17,624 bases of DNA, taken from positions 22,121 to 39,744 of the forward strand of contig JBHLOI010000033.1 of assembly GCA_048940645.1 (NCBI GenBank). Direction: 5' to 3'. This document shows positions 16,304 through 17,624 of the stretch, one piece after another. The notes below the pieces were generated by a model that did no database searches, had not been told where the DNA came from, and was given only the letters and a program-made list of their open reading frames with translations. This DNA is from Promethearchaeota archaeon. Its GTDB lineage: Archaea > Asgardarchaeota > Lokiarchaeia > Sigyniarchaeales > SOKP01. How positions within the stretch are numbered: the first letter of the stretch is position 1; every line of letters begins with the position of its first letter. The translations under genes were made by a program, and so were the position numbers.

Positions 16304-16789
16304 TTAAGTAGTTCCCTCTTCATTAATATTTATGGGTTTAGCAGGCTTTTTACCGATTCTTATTCTTAAAAGACCATTCGCCATCTTAGATGTAATTAAA
16401 TCTTCATTAGCATCGGCAGGAAGCGGAATGTCCATATTCACATCTACAAATCTAAATCCGTGAAATGGGAATGAAAATTGTTCTTTATCTTCCTTTTTAA
16501 TACCTTCTCTTTCAGGAACTTTTGGTTTCTTAGCATTAATATTGAGGTTCTTATTTATTAATGATACTTTGACATCTTCTTTAGTGCGCCCTGGTAATGG
16601 CACAGTTATCAAATATTCCTCTCCTAAATCCTCGATATTGTGGGGAATCCAGTTTCCAAATCCGCTCATGAAATGTTTCATAAATCGACCTGCCATATGT
16701 TTCATCCTCGCTATGTCTTTGGGAGAACAGCAACCTGCAAAAACATTTGGTCCATAATGCTTTTCATGACACATTTTTTTATACCTCAT
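16304..16789 (-). CDS. Small heat-shock protein Hsp20 / alpha-crystallin family (likely start ATG 16774)
   Basis: ITVPLPGRTKEDVKV, IPLPADA, SKMANGLLRIRI, C-terminal I-x-I motif (PINI); GAGGT SD precedes ATG 16774. Confidence 0.9.
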   Translation of the reverse strand: MRYKKMCHEKHYGPNVFAGCCSPKDIARMKHMAGRFMKHFMSGFGNWIPHNIEDLGEEYLITVPLPGRTKEDVKVSLINKNLNINAKKPKVPEREGIKKEDKEQFSFPFHGFRFVDVNMDIPLPADANEDLITSKMANGLLRIRIGKKPAKPININEEGTT

Positions 16790-16954
16790 ATTTTTATTTT
16801 TTATTAAATTTTTTGGTGAGCTCGATGGTTTTTTTTTCCTGTGTGATTATCAAGATTCTCTCTAAGTTTTTGGTGTATGGTAATGTATTTCTTCATGAAA
16901 AAAGAAACTCCAATGCCTTCATACCGCTTAGAGGTTTTTCCATCTTCATTCAAA

Positions 16955-17611
16955 TTAAAAATCCTTTTCATATTCATCACCATCCACGATTGGAATTGTC
17001 TTGGCATTCTGATCTCTCTTAGTTTTTAACTTTTCCAATAATTTTTGATAATCCTCAACTTCCTTATCTATTTCCTCTAATCTATGCCTTAACCTCTTTT
17101 TACTAAATTTTAAATCATTCAGAATCCTCTCTAGTCGATTAATATTTTCTAATGAACAATCTTCTTCATTTATCTCCCGTCTATGCGATCCATAATGGAA
17201 AGGAAAGCATGACATAACTCTCTTCATGCCTTTTTCTTCAGGGAGCCAAGTCTGTATAATTGTTCTAATATAATCCCCTAATGTATTTACACTTGATTCA
17301 AAATTGTCTTTTAAAATTTCTTCAAGCTTTTCTTCTCCAATTGGTGTTATTTTATAGATCTTTTTTTGACGATTATTTTCATCAATAATTTCCTCTGATT
17401 TAACAAATCCGCGCTCTTCGAGTCGTCCTAATAATGGATATATGGTTCCTGGTGAAGCCTTCCACATGGTTTTGAACTTTTCATTAATCTCATGTATTAT
17501 ATCGTATCCGGTTATACCTTTTTCATGGTTTTTAATTATTGAAAGCACCAATATATTCAGGCCAGAAAAGGGTCCACCTCGATGACCACTAAATCTTTTA
17601 CCAAAAAACAA
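16955..17611 (-). CDS. PadR-family winged-helix transcription regulator with C-terminal coiled coil
   Basis: TGYDII...SPGTIYPLLGRLEERGFV...KKIYKITPIGEE; TTG start preceded by GGTGAG SD (17619-17624). Confidence 0.92.
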   Translation of the reverse strand: MFFGKRFSGHRGGPFSGLNILVLSIIKNHEKGITGYDIIHEINEKFKTMWKASPGTIYPLLGRLEERGFVKSEEIIDENNRQKKIYKITPIGEEKLEEILKDNFESSVNTLGDYIRTIIQTWLPEEKGMKRVMSCFPFHYGSHRREINEEDCSLENINRLERILNDLKFSKKRLRHRLEEIDKEVEDYQKLLEKLKTKRDQNAKTIPIVDGDEYEKDF

Positions 17612-17624
17612 TTCTTAACTCACC

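Noticed and set aside
16794-16949. Possible selenocysteine read-through of the TGA at 16895-16893, giving a 51-aa peptide
   Set aside because: No redox motif around the TGA, no resemblance to known selenoproteins, and neither nearby hairpin shows a convincing SECIS core (AUGA...GA quartet with apical AAA)
16542-17022. ORFs 16542-16757, 16747-17022 and 16804-17007
   Set aside because: They overlap hsp20 or padR, lack SD motifs and recognisable domains, and none is in frame with hsp20

Overview
AT-rich archaeal chromosomal window, most likely from an Asgard archaeon (Lokiarchaeia/Promethearchaeia). This assignment is an inference from an IPGF-TM-basic C-terminal sorting signal, GGTGA/GGAGG Shine-Dalgarno motifs, TATA-like promoters, and the gene families present. 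In order, it encodes: NH3-dependent NAD synthetase (nadE), two hypothetical proteins, an orphan gamma-class amino-methyltransferase with a zinc-ribbon-like insert, a tandem DUF6125/V4R-like protein, a ZIP metal transporter preceded by a DtxR/MntR-like operator, an amidohydrolase, a CaCA-family antiporter with non-canonical ion-binding repeats, TPP-dependent dehydrogenase E1 alpha/beta with no adjacent E2/E3, a small CdrS-like ribbon-helix-helix gene missing from the ORF track, a claudin-topology membrane protein with a zinc ribbon, a large FG-GAP beta-propeller plus ~7-TM protein, a surface-anchored M1 aminopeptidase, and a padR-hsp20 pair. The most notable signals are the candidate cell-surface receptor/adhesion cluster (10721-16115), an 18-bp G-U-containing intergenic stem-loop (16208-16281), the hidden CdrS-like gene with a possible AUA start, and the metal-repressor box. 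No rRNA, tRNA, CRISPR array or transposase was seen. All family assignments come from recognising motifs by eye, not from database searches.
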